From NCBI RefSeq assembly GCF_963676685.1, contig NC_092353.1, forward strand, positions 39,804,001 to 39,868,000: a stretch of DNA of 64,000 bases, in the 5' to 3' direction. The stretch comes from Mytilus edulis (lineage: Eukaryota). A model generated the notes under the pieces. That model was not told the origin of the DNA. It was given only the letters and a program-made list of their open reading frames with translations, and ran no database searches. Below, in pieces: positions 40,701-53,900 of the stretch (the stretch's first letter is position 1; every line of letters begins with the position of its first letter). The position numbers and the translations under genes are program-made.

Positions 40701-43700
40701 GTGTTTCATATAGTTTGAACGTGTAAAAGACCACCAGTCATATGAAACCACATTTGTCTCTCCCTTATTGCTGATGGATAATAAAACACATATTTTCTTT
40801 TTTCTCTGTATTCAGACAAGACTACAGGATACGAGCAGGATCTTCAGCTCATGCTAGTGGTGGGACTACGAGAAGTATAGAGCTCATCGTATCGGTAATA
40901 TTCTGATCATTTATTCCTGTACATACAGGGTAATATATGTGTTTGTCTAGTATTGACAAAACTACATATCACCCTAAACACAGTTGTGTATCATTAGTTA
41001 CACAGTGATTTTATGACATTATACAAAACCACACCTACTAATCCTATTTTAAATATACACGGTCTCCACGCGGTTGCTTTTAACCAATGATATTCCTAGA
41101 AATTTATAGGAGGTAAGATACAAACTTTTTATATTTTAGAGACTTGACAGATTTGTCTAACGTTAAATATAATTTACCATTACATTATATTTTCAGAGTC
41201 GACAATAATGTTTATAATTTTGATCACATACATAATAGTATTCAAATATAAGTAAACTTTAATTTTTCAGTACCAAAAATGAAGAAGTAAGACAGCTTAT
41301 TTTGTTCAATATAAACAGTATATATATACGACACTACAGTGAATCTGGGTAAACGGGGTTTCTGGTAAATAAATTATCCAAAATTGACAAAAATCACTAA
41401 TAACTTGATTTCCTTATTTATTACGTGTTCGGCATCACAGAAGCATAAACATAAATATGTAGAAGAACCGATATGTCATGATGGATTGTTTGGAATTAAG
41501 TCCGAATATAATCATCGGGCATAAGATATAAGCTATGACATCCCAAGTCATATACAATAAAATATAAGTCATTCTGTAATATTATTGTTATAAGTCAGAT
41601 AAAAGTAATGTCATACAGACATATCAATGTCTAAGAAGGTAACCCTACTGGCTCTTGAGTTTACAAAAAAGTCCTTTGTAATATATTCACAAGATATTTG
41701 ATTTGTAAAACAGATTTTAGTACAAACATTTGGAAAGTAGACTGCAAAACAACTTACTGAAAAACACACAATTTTGTGTTTAAGGTAGATAGGGTGTCTT
41801 CCTCCATCTTGGATTTTGAAATACCAGAAAACAAGGTCTAGATCTTTTATAAAATGTGCAAATATTGAGATAAGAAGGTAATTCATGTGTAAGAATTTTC
41901 ATTGTAACATAGAAAATGTCATGTTTGACCATATTTATGGTAGTTTTTTTATAAAAAAAAGAATACTTTTGTTTTGATTCAACTTTTGCCAACTTTGCCA
42001 AATAAGGGGAGGCAACTCAAATGCAAGGGCAGATAATTCAGATAGTGCTAATTTTTCAATAGAATGTGTTAGGAAATTTCCCATTTTATTATGTAGCAAG
42101 AAAACGAGTTCGGTGACCGCCTTTTTTCTTTTTCTTATCTGAAAGCATAGTATTGGAGCTATCTTCTCATATTTTATCTCAAAATTCTATGGTGTAGTTT
42201 TCGTTTTATGGCAGAAAATTGGGTTTTCCATGCATAATCTATACAAAATCTGACAATTTTGCACAATCTGTAGTGTGAAAATAAATCCGGTGACCCATTC
42301 TTTTTATTAATGTTTTCAAACAAGCAGGATATAAACTACATTTTGACAAATTATTAAAACATTCTATGGATTATAATTTAGACACCCCATCTACCTTAAC
42401 AAGCATTATTACATTGCATTTTGGTATTGTGAAAAAAGCGAAATGAAATACCCTTTTATATTCTCTTTTTTTAGCACGAAAATTACAACTCAGGGGCTGG
42501 AACATTCCCAAATGACATTGCATTGATGAAAATGTCATCCAGTTTGTCATTAACCGGAAGTATTTCAGCCATTACTTTGGCAACAGGAAGTCCTGACGAG
42601 TTTGCTGGCCAGACATGTGAAATCACTGGATGGGGCAGAACTTGTGGAACATGTAAGTACATAACTAAAACAAAGTCTGGTAGAATTTGTGAAACGTGTA
42701 AGTAAATAACTACAACACAGTCTGGCAAAACTTGTGGAACATGTAAGTACATTACTGAAACAAAGTATGGCAGAACTTGTGAAACATGTAAGTAAATAAC
42801 TAAAACAAAGTCTCGTAGAACTTGTGGAACATGTAAGTAAATAACTACAACACAGTCTGGCAAAACTTGTGGAACATGTAAGTACATTACTGAAACAAAG
42901 AATGGCAAAACATGTGGAACATGTAAGTAAATAACTACAACACAGTCTGGCAAACTTGTGGAACATGTCAGTACATTACTGAAACAAAGTGTGCCAGAAC
43001 TTGTGGAACATGTAAGTACATTACTAAAACAAAGTCTGGCAGAACTAGTAGAACTTGTGGAACATGTAAGTAAATAACTACAACACAGTCTGGCAAAACT
43101 TGTGGAACATGTCAGTACATTACTGAAACAAAGTGTTCCAGAACTTGTGGAACATGTAAGTACATTACTAAAACAAAGTCTGGCAGAACTAGTAGAACTT
43201 GTGGAACATGTAAGTTCATAAAACTAAAACAAAACATGGCAGAAAGGAAATTTTGTTTTCTTCGATCAAAACTGAAAGTAAACATGTTGTATACTTTACT
43301 TTTTCATGTTTTTGACAAACATTTGCAGTTTCATCGTGTAAGTAACGTTAGTGAACATACACAAGTTACAACAATTCATTGAAATATTAATCAATTTTAC
43401 ATTATAGGGTCGTAGTACATGACATAGCCCACGTGTGTCCATGTAAATAAAGATAAACATAGGAATTTGTAGTGTGTTTCATATAGTTTGAACGTGTAAA
43501 AGACCACCAGTCATATGAAACCACATTTGTCTCTCCCTTATTGCTGATGGATAATAAAACACATATTTTCTTTTTTCTCTGTATTCAGACAAGACTACAG
43601 GATACGAGCAGGATCTTCAGCTCATGCTAGTGGTGGGACTACGAGAAGTATAGAGCTCATCGTATCGGTAATATTCTGATCATTTATTCCTGTACATACA

Positions 43701-46700
43701 GGGTAATATATGTGTTTGTCTAGTATTGACAAAACTACATATCACCCTAAACACAGTTGTGTATCATTAGTTACACAGTGATTTTATGACATTATACAAA
43801 ACCACACCTACTAATCCTATTTTAAATATACACGGTCTCCACGCGGTTGCTTTTAACCAATGATATTCCTAGAAATTTATAGGAGGTAAGATACAAACTT
43901 TTTATATTTTAGAGACTTGACAGATTTGTCTAACGTTAAATATAATTTACCATTACATTATATTTTCAGAGTCGACAATAATGTTTATAATTTTGATCAC
44001 ATACATAATAGTATTCAAATATAAGTAAACTTTAATTTTTCAGTACCAAAAATGAAGAAGTAAGACAGCTTATTTTGTTCAATATAAACAGTATATATAT
44101 ACGACACTACAGTGAATCTGGGTAAACGGGGTTTCTGGTAAATAAATTATCCAAAATTGACAAAAATCACTAATAACTTGATTTCCTTATTTATTACGTG
44201 TTCGGCATCACAGAAGCATAAACATAAATATGTAGAAGAACCGATATGTCATGATGGATTGTTTGGAATTAAGTCCGAATATAATCATCGGGCATAAGAT
44301 ATAAGCTATGACATCCCAAGTCATATACAATAAAATATAAGTCATTCTGTAATATTATTGTTATAAGTCAGATAAAAGTAATGTCATACAGACATATCAA
44401 TGTCTAAGAAGGTAACCCTACTGGCTCTTGAGTTTACAAAAAAGTCCTTTGTAATATATTCACAAGATATTTGATTTGTAAAACAGATTTTAGTACAAAC
44501 ATTTGGAAAGTAGACTGCAAAACAACTTACTGAAAAACACACAATTTTGTGTTTAAGGTAGATAGGGTGTCTTCCTCCATCTTGGATTTTGAAATACCAG
44601 AAAACAAGGTCTAGATCTTTTATAAAATGTGCAAATATTGAGATAAGAAGGTAATTCATGTGTAAGAATTTTCATTGTAACATAGAAAATGTCATGTTTG
44701 ACCATATTTATGGTAGTTTTTTTATAAAAAAAAGAATACTTTTGTTTTGATTCAACTTTTGCCAACTTTGCCAAATAAGGGGAGGCAACTCAAATGCAAG
44801 GGCAGATAATTCAGATAGTGCTAATTTTTCAATAGAATGTGTTAGGAAATTTCCCATTTTATTATGTAGCAAGAAAACGAGTTCGGTGACCGCCTTTTTT
44901 CTTTTTCTTATCTGAAAGCATAGTATTGGAGCTATCTTCTCATATTTTATCTCAAAATTCTATGGTGTAGTTTTCGTTTTATGGCAGAAAATTGGGTTTT
45001 CCATGCATAATCTATACAAAATCTGACAATTTTGCACAATCTGTAGTGTGAAAATAAATCCGGTGACCCATTCTTTTTATTAATGTTTTCAAACAAGCAG
45101 GATATAAACTACATTTTGACAAATTATTAAAACATTCTATGGATTATAATTTAGACACCCCATCTACCTTAACAAGCATTATTACATTGCATTTTGGTAT
45201 TGTGAAAAAAGCGAAATGAAATACCCTTTTATATTCTCTTTTTTTAGCACGAAAATTACAACTCAGGAGCTGGAACATTCCCAAATGACATTGCATTGAT
45301 GAAAATGTCATCCAGTTTGTCATTAACCGGAAGTATTTCAGCCATTACTTTGGCAACAGGAAGTCCTGACGAGTTTGCTGGCCAGACATGTGAAATCACT
45401 GGATGGGGCAGAACTTGTGGAACATGTAAGTACATAACTAAAACAAAGTCTGGTAGAATTTGTGAAACGTGTAAGTAAATAACTACAACACAGTCTGGCA
45501 AAACTTGTGGAACATGTAAGTACATTACTGAAACAAAGTATGGCAGAACTTGTGAAACATGTAAGTAAATAACTAAAACAAAGTCTCGTAGAACTTGTGG
45601 AACATGTAAGTAAATAACTACAACACAGTCTGGCAAAACTTGTGGAACATGTAAGTACATTACTGAAACAAAGAATGGCAAAACATGTGGAACATGTAAG
45701 TAAATAACTACAACACAGTCTGGCAAACTTGTGGAACATGTCAGTACATTACTGAAACAAAGTGTGCCAGAACTTGTGGAACATGTAAGTACATTACTAA
45801 AACAAAGTCTGGCAGAACTAGTAGAACTTGTGGAACATGTAAGTAAATAACTACAACACAGTCTGGCAAAACTTGTGGAACATGTCAGTACATTACTGAA
45901 ACAAAGTGTTCCAGAACTTGTGGAACATGTAAGTACATTACTAAAACAAAGTCTGGCAGAACTAGTAGAACTTGTGGAACATGTAAGTTCATAAAACTAA
46001 AACAAAACATGGCAGAAAGGAAATTTTGTTTTCTTCGATCAAAACTGAAAGTAAACATGTTGTATACTTTACTTTTTCATGTTTTTGACAAACATTTGCA
46101 GTTTCATCGTGTAAGTAACGTTAGTGAACATACACAAGTTACAACAATTCATTGAAATATTAATCAATTTTACATTATAGGGTCGTAGTACATGACATAG
46201 CCCACGTGTGTCCATGTAAATAAAGATAAACATAGGAATTTGTAGTGTGTTTCATATAGTTTGAACGTGTAAAAGACCACCAGTCATATGAAACCACATT
46301 TGTCTCTCCCTTATTGCTGATGGATAATAAAACACATATTTTCTTTTTTCTCTGTATTCAGACAAGACTACAGGATACGAGCAGGATCTTCAGCTCATGC
46401 TAGTGGTGGGACTACGAGAAGTATAGAGCTCATCGTATCGGTAATATTCTGATCATTTATTCCTGTACATACAGGGTAATATATGTGTTTGTCTAGTATT
46501 GACAAAACTACATATCACCCTAAACACAGTTGTGTATCATTAGTTACACAGTGATTTTATGACATTATACAAAACCACACCTACTAATCCTATTTTAAAT
46601 ATACACGGTCTCCACGCGGTTGCTTTTAACCAATGATATTCCTAGAAATTTATAGGAGGTAAGATACAAACTTTTTATATTTTAGAGACTTGACAGATTT

Positions 46701-49700
46701 GTCTAACGTTAAATATAATTTACCATTACATTATATTTTCAGAGTCGACAATAATGTTTATAATTTTGATCACATACATAATAGTATTCAAATATAAGTA
46801 AACTTTAATTTTTCAGTACCAAAAATGAAGAAGTAAGACAGCTTATTTTGTTCAATATAAACAGTATATATATACGACACTACAGTGAATCTGGGTAAAC
46901 GGGGTTTCTGGTAAATAAATTATCCAAAATTGACAAAAATCACTAATAACTTGATTTCCTTATTTATTACGTGTTCGGCATCACAGAAGCATAAACATAA
47001 ATATGTAGAAGAACCGATATGTCATGATGGATTGTTTGGAATTAAGTCCGAATATAATCATCGGGCATAAGATATAAGCTATGACATCCCAAGTCATATA
47101 CAATAAAATATAAGTCATTCTGTAATATTATTGTTATAAGTCAGATAAAAGTAATGTCATACAGACATATCAATGTCTAAGAAGGTAACCCTACTGGCTC
47201 TTGAGTTTACAAAAAAGTCCTTTGTAATATATTCACAAGATATTTGATTTGTAAAACAGATTTTAGTACAAACATTTGGAAAGTAGACTGCAAAACAACT
47301 TACTGAAAAACACACAATTTTGTGTTTAAGGTAGATAGGGTGTCTTCCTCCATCTTGGATTTTGAAATACCAGAAAACAAGGTCTAGATCTTTTATAAAA
47401 TGTGCAAATATTGAGATAAGAAGGTAATTCATGTGTAAGAATTTTCATTGTAACATAGAAAATGTCATGTTTGACCATATTTATGGTAGTTTTTTTATAA
47501 AAAAAAGAATACTTTTGTTTTGATTCAACTTTTGCCAACTTTGCCAAATAAGGGGAGGCAACTCAAATGCAAGGGCAGATAATTCAGATAGTGCTAATTT
47601 TTCAATAGAATGTGTTAGGAAATTTCCCATTTTATTATGTAGCAAGAAAACGAGTTCGGTGACCGCCTTTTTTCTTTTTCTTATCTGAAAGCATAGTATT
47701 GGAGCTATCTTCTCATATTTTATCTCAAAATTCTATGGTGTAGTTTTCGTTTTATGGCAGAAAATTGGGTTTTCCATGCATAATCTATACAAAATCTGAC
47801 AATTTTGCACAATCTGTAGTGTGAAAATAAATCCGGTGACCCATTCTTTTTATTAATGTTTTCAAACAAGCAGGATATAAACTACATTTTGACAAATTAT
47901 TAAAACATTCTATGGATTATAATTTAGACACCCCATCTACCTTAACAAGCATTATTACATTGCATTTTGGTATTGTGAAAAAAGCGAAATGAAATACCCT
48001 TTTATATTCTCTTTTTTTAGCACGAAAATTACAACTCAGGAGCTGGAACATTCCCAAATGACATTGCATTGATGAAAATGTCATCCAGTTTGTCATTAAC
48101 CGGAAGTATTTCAGCCATTACTTTGGCAACAGGAAGTCCTGACGAGTTTGCTGGCCAGACATGTGAAATCACTGGATGGGGCAGAACTTGTGGAACATGT
48201 AAGTACATAACTAAAACAAAGTCTGGTAGAATTTGTGAAACGTGTAAGTAAATAACTACAACACAGTCTGGCAAAACTTGTGGAACATGTAAGTACATTA
48301 CTGAAACAAAGTATGGCAGAACTTGTGAAACATGTAAGTAAATAACTAAAACAAAGTCTCGTAGAACTTGTGGAACATGTAAGTAAATAACTACAACACA
48401 GTCTGGCAAAACTTGTGGAACATGTAAGTACATTACTGAAACAAAGAATGGCAAAACATGTGGAACATGTAAGTAAATAACTACAACACAGTCTGGCAAA
48501 CTTGTGGAACATGTCAGTACATTACTGAAACAAAGTGTGCCAGAACTTGTGGAACATGTAAGTACATTACTAAAACAAAGTCTGGCAGAACTAGTAGAAC
48601 TTGTGGAACATGTAAGTAAATAACTACAACACAGTCTGGCAAAACTTGTGGAACATGTCAGTACATTACTGAAACAAAGTGTTCCAGAACTTGTGGAACA
48701 TGTAAGTACATTACTAAAACAAAGTCTGGCAGAACTAGTAGAACTTGTGGAACATGTAAGTTCATAAAACTAAAACAAAACATGGCAGAAAAATGAAAGT
48801 TCATACCTCAAACAAATTCTTGCAATACTTGTGGACCATATAAGTCTATGGTTCCTTAGAAAAGGTTCACATGATCCTAGTGAATATTCTTTGAATATAT
48901 ATCATAAAATTTATTGAATACTGCCAATTTTGAGACAGCTGTGCAACTCATCTGTATGACTTTTCATCATAATGTTTTTCATATTATTAATTCAAGACCG
49001 TTTTTCTGGTGGTTTTTTTCAGAACGATTATTTGCCTTGTTAAGGAAGATAACTCAGACAATTTAATAATATAAAGGAATAAACAAGTAATTCGTGGATT
49101 GTGTTTGCCGCAATAAAACACGTCCCGGAGGTATGCCACAATTTTTCTTTTCATTTTCTCAAAGCATATCATAACAGCTATCTTTATATACCCGATTTCA
49201 AAATTCTATCGTTAAGTTTCCTTTCAAGTCACACAAAAGCGGTTTTCAGTGTATAATCATTACAAAATCTTACAATGTCACACCTTGTCTAAACAAGAGA
49301 TCCGTTAATCATACTTTAAATTTTAGAATTAGCGTTATATAATCTTTATTTTGTCAAAGAATGACAAAGTTTTATAGTTTTTAATTCCCCCCTCTCATCC
49401 ATCGTAAACTAAAATATAGGTATATATCAGAAAGAATATGTGGTATGATTGCCAATGAGACAACTCTCCACAAGAGACCAAAAAACACAGATATTAACAA
49501 TTATAGGTCACCGTACAGCCTTCAACAATGAACAAAGTCTATGCCGCATAGTCAGCTATAAAATGCCCGAAATGACAGACATAAAAAAATTCAAATGAAA
49601 AACTAACGGCCTTATATATGTACAAAAAATGAACGAAAACAGAATGTGGCGCGGTTAAACATGCTAGCGGGGTGCTAGCCCGCCGCTAACATGTGACAGT

Positions 49701-50906
49701 GGTGTAACCGTACAACATAAGAACAAACCATAAAAATCAGTTGAAAAAGGCTTAACTCATCAGACGGAAACAAATAGAAACACATCTTACTAAAACAGAG
49801 TTGACGTATATTCTCTTTTTATAAATATTGGGATGAAATTTAAACGTGTTATACAAATTATGTAATATCCAAAGTTCTGTCTATTGAGTGGATTTAACCC
49901 TTGGAAAGTGTCGTTCCACCACCAGCGCCATTAATCATTTCATATAATTATCAAAATATGGGACACTTATTTCGTAGTGTACAACATTTGTTCTGGGAAT
50001 CCATTCATTCGGTACCATATGAAGCCCAAAAGTTCGAGACGCTAAACATGGATACAATTTTAGAGAGTTCAAAACCAAATGGGACAAAACATAAAATTTC
50101 TAAATTTCCATGGTCAACTTTTACCAGAGGAAGTAAGTTTGTTTATTGACAATTGCATGATTAAAAAAAAAGTATATAATAATGTTTCTCTGGTACGCGT
50201 TATTTATGAAATTGTCAGTTTTTATTTTCCAGGCGGTTTACCCACTAATTTAAAAGCATTAAGCATGCAAGTGCTAAGAAACAGTGAGTGCAAAAACTAT
50301 TGGACTGGCAACAACATACTTGACGGCCATATTTGTATATTCCAAGGAACTGGTTACGGCGCTTGCAATGTAAGTGATTCATATTCTTACATAGGTACTG
50401 ATTAAGTTTCTGTATCAAGTTTTATATATGTATATATTACAGCGTTTCATATTTATTATGTGGATTAAATTGTTTCTTTACTGAGAAATTGTTCGCACGA
50501 AAGTTATAGGCCTCGACATTTATCAATATTCAACGTGTTTAATAAAAAAAAAACGCTTCGTGAGAAAATATTTAAGATATCAAGAGAGAAACAAGAGTCA
50601 TACGACATGTGTGTTCAGTATGTGTAGATGTTATATTATTTTTTATATAATGTATTTTTATTCGTCAGAAATCTAACATAAATATATATATATATATATA
50701 TATACTCCTTAACACGTCCATTATATATATATATCATCTATATTTATCATTAGGGAGACAGTGGAGGACCAATGGTTTGTTCTGGTCAACTGGCTGGCGT
50801 TACATCCTGGGGCGCGAGTGGATGTCCAGGAAGTCGTCCTAGCGTTTACACTCGAATTGGTGTGTACAAAAGCTGGATGGACTTCGTGATGGCTTCAAAT
50901 TCCTAA
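31797..50906 (+). CDS. S1A serine protease, copy 3: exons intact but exons 4-5 triplicated and introns disrupted by TEs (functional status doubtful)
   Basis: Exons 31797-31836, 33957-34027, 35068-35231; exon 4 at 40816-40894, 43589-43667, 46362-46440; exon 5 at 42475-42652, 45248-45425, 48021-48198; exon 6 50233-50369; exon 7 50754-50906. The frame is preserved only if a single exon 4 plus a single exon 5 is spliced in. Confidence 0.75.
31898..32435. mobile_element. Dispersed ~540-bp repeat (probably a retroelement terminus) inserted in intron 1 of copy 3
   Basis: Absent from copies 1 and 2 (agtctattacatttg), flanked by tatt. The same insertion is in copy 4, and a diverged inverted copy is at 752-1085. 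Confidence 0.75.
32860..33920 (-). mobile_element. 5'-truncated Penelope-like retroelement (C-terminal half of RT plus 3' end) in intron 1 of copy 3
   Basis: ORF 33158-33832 (open back to the 33920 junction) has [48 protein letters not shown] motifs typical of PLE RTs. Absent from copy 4 (tgtacataatttatcgc at about 57469); ataa at both junctions. Confidence 0.88.
35606..40692 (-). mobile_element. L1/Tx1-type non-LTR retrotransposon; ORF2 (APE endonuclease-RT-Cys-rich C-terminus) disrupted, no ORF1 seen
   Basis: Poly(A) tail (T-run about 35607-35627) with AATAAA; 12-bp TSD tttgtagtgtgt at 35594-35605 and 40693-40704; empty site in copy 1 (about 9591). ORF2 from ATG 40189: [55 protein letters not shown]...HLFIYC; ends 36290; several stops and frameshifts. 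Confidence 0.93.
41784..42395. mobile_element. Non-autonomous DNA transposon (MITE), TTAA TSD, Kolobok-like termini
   Basis: TIRs ggtagatagggtgtct / agacaccccatctacc (15/16 match), TTAA on both sides, empty site tgtgtttaacaagc in copy 1 at about 10751. GG..CC termini fit Kolobok better than piggyBac. Confidence 0.85.
42634..43245 (+). repeat. 45-bp splice-junction minisatellite (copy 3, first of three arrays; 13 units)
   Basis: Same unit and variant order as copy 1; repeated at 45407-46018 and 48180-48845. Confidence 0.95.
44557..45168. mobile_element. MITE, second copy (from the triplication)
   Basis: Matches 41784-42395 at +2773. Confidence 0.85.
45407..46018 (+). repeat. 45-bp splice-junction minisatellite (copy 3, second array)
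   Basis: Matches 42634-43245 at offset 2773. Confidence 0.93.
47330..47941. mobile_element. MITE, third copy (from the triplication)
   Basis: Matches 41784-42395 at +5546. Confidence 0.85.
48180..48845 (+). repeat. 45-bp splice-junction minisatellite (copy 3, third array)
   Basis: Matches the preceding arrays and continues into normal intron 5. Confidence 0.93.
49435..49805 (+). repeat. Abundant dispersed repeat family (tgtggtatgattgccaatgagacaact...ggtcaccgtac..ccttcaacaatga)
   Basis: Fragments recur at about 95-168 and 12285-12585 (+) and about 3720-3890, 16605-16775, 20505-20620, 28210-28375, 31095-31250, 34215-34335, 53640-53815, 55720-55880, 57775-57890 (-). Confidence 0.7.
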
Positions 50907-53900
50907 TTATAATGTCCGAATAAACAATGCAGTATAATTGTGTTATTCTATTTTTTTGTTTTACATGTATGTAAGCCAACCCTTTGATTGATTCATTGGT
51001 CTTTATTTCACGTACACGTTTTTTTTTAAGACAGAGGTCAGGTGGCTACGTGGAAAGAGCTAAACAAGATAATTGATAGCTTCACAGATAGTAACGTCTC
51101 ACGTTCTCTTGTTTAGAATTCAAAAAGTAACGAAAATGTTTAAAATCAATGTTTTCCGTCAAGCTTTTATTTTTGAAATTGTGGTTTTCTAAAAATAAAC
51201 GTAAAATTATAATATAAAAAATTGACAATGTTTCAAAAATCGATAGTTTATTCGAATGCGTCCTTAAAACACAATTAATCGATTTACCAAATTACTTGAT
51301 ATAAAAGCAGCATTTTAACTAATAAAATTGGTGTAAGCGATTAACTGTATATGAAAAATCTTGCTTTAGTTTTGGTATCAAAAGACCTATTAGTTAAATA
51401 TCTGGTATAGGCATGATCATTCAATTGTCCTGCCATTCCAAGAACTATCTTCATATATTGGTTACGAAATATGACAGGGATCAATATTAAGAATCGAATG
51501 ATAAACACAAAAAACCTTCGAGTTCTATAATCCTGCAATTCCATGAAAACATATCTCTATCAAACCTCGGAATTATCTGTCAACAAGTGAATTTTCAAAC
51601 CACAAAGCAATAAGCAAATCAGAAGATTTGCCACATTTAATATTTATATGTTCTGTACAATAATGCATGTTCGACTGGATACACTTTTTTGGTAAATGTA
51701 ACGATAGGCCGTACGCAGAGTTTCTATCAAGTGGAAAAATCATGGCTGTTTTATTTCCTTTTGATGTGTTAAAAGTTTGATGACATTGTTAACGCTTAAA
51801 TAATTGATTTTATTTCAAACGAGAATGTGTGAAATTAGTGATTCCCAGTATAAATAACGATTTCAAGAATTCTATAGATATTCTGAATATGAACAAAAGG
51901 AGATGTGCGGTTTAATCTAGAAGGCAACAAATTGTTTTCAACAATAGACCGACACAATCTATACAATATGTCGGGCACCAAACAGTCCGGAGTGCATACG
52001 CTCAACAAAAACAATCAACAATCATTTATAAATTGCAGAAGTATTTTTCCGTTTCTACACAGAACTTCCTCGATGTATTCATTTCAAAGCAGGGCCACTG
52101 TGCAAAACGTCTTTCAATCATCACTTAAATCAGAGACATCGTCAGTAAAACCTATGGTTGCAATACACAGTTACAAGTTTAGTTTTTTTGGTCATGGATT
52201 TTTTAAAATATGAAAGGTTTTGTACAATAAATCTGAGTTTGAGATAGTTGAAGAATAATATAACCTTCCAAGTGGGTTTATTTGAACATTTAAATTGTGT
52301 TATCATGTTTTATAGGCCATTTGTCTGTTTGACAGTCCGGTTTTTTCACATCCGTACCGCCCATAGGTCCAGATATTAGTGTAGTGTTTTTCAACAAAGA
52401 TTTGACCCATGACCTTTTAATTACATTTTATGGAAAAACGAGCCGAATTGCATATGATTTGTTTGGACCTTTTGCTAGATAAATGTCTATGGTTTCATGA
52501 AAGGTATCACTGTATTGGATTTGAATTTCTCCTTTTGACCATTTTTGTTTTAGTTTTTTGTGGCATTTCCAACCTCCCATTTTTTTGCAATTTTGTATCA
52601 AATAAAAGCAGATTGTTGCCATGATTACACCAAGAAGAGATTATATTTCACCATTATAACTATTTGAAATAAAATCTATGGAAGATGTTCTTTCCAATAA
52701 TATACACATGCATAACACAAATATAAAGTATTATTTTTTTAAAAGGAAGGGGAAAAGGTGGTTACAAATTATGAGTGTCAATTTTAATTTTTTTCCTAAC
52801 TGTGTATTGCTACCTATGATTGAAATACAAACCCAGTTTAGTATAATACCCATATCAGCCTAAGGCAGTTTGTTACAGATTAATCTTTTCTGGAAAGACA
52901 AATTAAACAAGAATATGTCCATAATACACGGATGGTCTACTCGCACTATCATTATCTATTTTCAGTGGACTGTAAAATTGGGATCAAAACTCTTATTTAG
53001 CATTAAAATTATCATAGGAAACATGTGTACTCGGTTTCACGTTGATTGGACTTGTACGTCCTTGCTCCAGGCAGTTCACAACAGATTGGTCACGTTTTGA
53101 GTAATATTGACACAAATAATGTTACTCTTGAAATGGTGAACGGTCTATTTAAAAACGATAATAAACTTTTAGATACGACAGAAAGAGTACTATCAACAGA
53201 CAAAAGAAACTGGTTCATCCCGACAGCAAAATAAACCATAGTTTGATAAAAATTGTAAAGACAAAAGTTATGAGTATCACAAGGCTGGAAACTTGTATAA
53301 TACAGTGAGATCAGGTGCTGATAAACTAGCAATTAATAGTACGGTCAAGGATTACCACAAAACACTTAACATTACTTATCAGCGGTATAGAGAAAAACTG
53401 TTCTGATCAACTGGGATCATTATCGAAAATTACTGTAAGGTATTTTGGAAGACACCAACAAAAATAATATGAGTACAAAAAAGACAAACCCTATGTCTGT
53501 ATTGAAGCAATCCATGAATATTTTAGAATCATGAATGCAAGTGATGAAGACCATTTAAATGATATTGATATACAAGTCTGTTTAGTGGTCCAATTTATAT
53601 TGAACTTTTAAATGGAGTTTTTGTACATAAATTTGGCCGATAGTTTCCTCGTTTGAATTGTTTGACATTTGTCATTATAGGAGCATTTTATAGCTGACTA
53701 TGCGGTATGGGCTTTGTTCATTGTTGAAGGCTGTACGTTGACCTATAATTGTTAATTTCAGTGTCATTTAGTCTCTTGTACGAGAGTTGGCAACCATAAC
53801 ACATCTTCATTTTTACCATTATAGAACAAAAGATCTTGGTACAGACAGAATATTAAAGTAGTTTTTGAAAAACTCTCTACCATTGTGATATGTATTTACA

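Larger units (their letters stand above)
40473..48791 (+). repeat. Tandem triplication of a 2773-bp unit (LINE 5' end + exon 4 + MITE + exon 5 + minisatellite)
   Basis: Units 40473-43245, 43246-46018, 46019-48791. The ORF track repeats at exactly +2773; junction atggcagaaa|ggaaattttg at 43245/43246 and 46018/46019. Confidence 0.95.
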
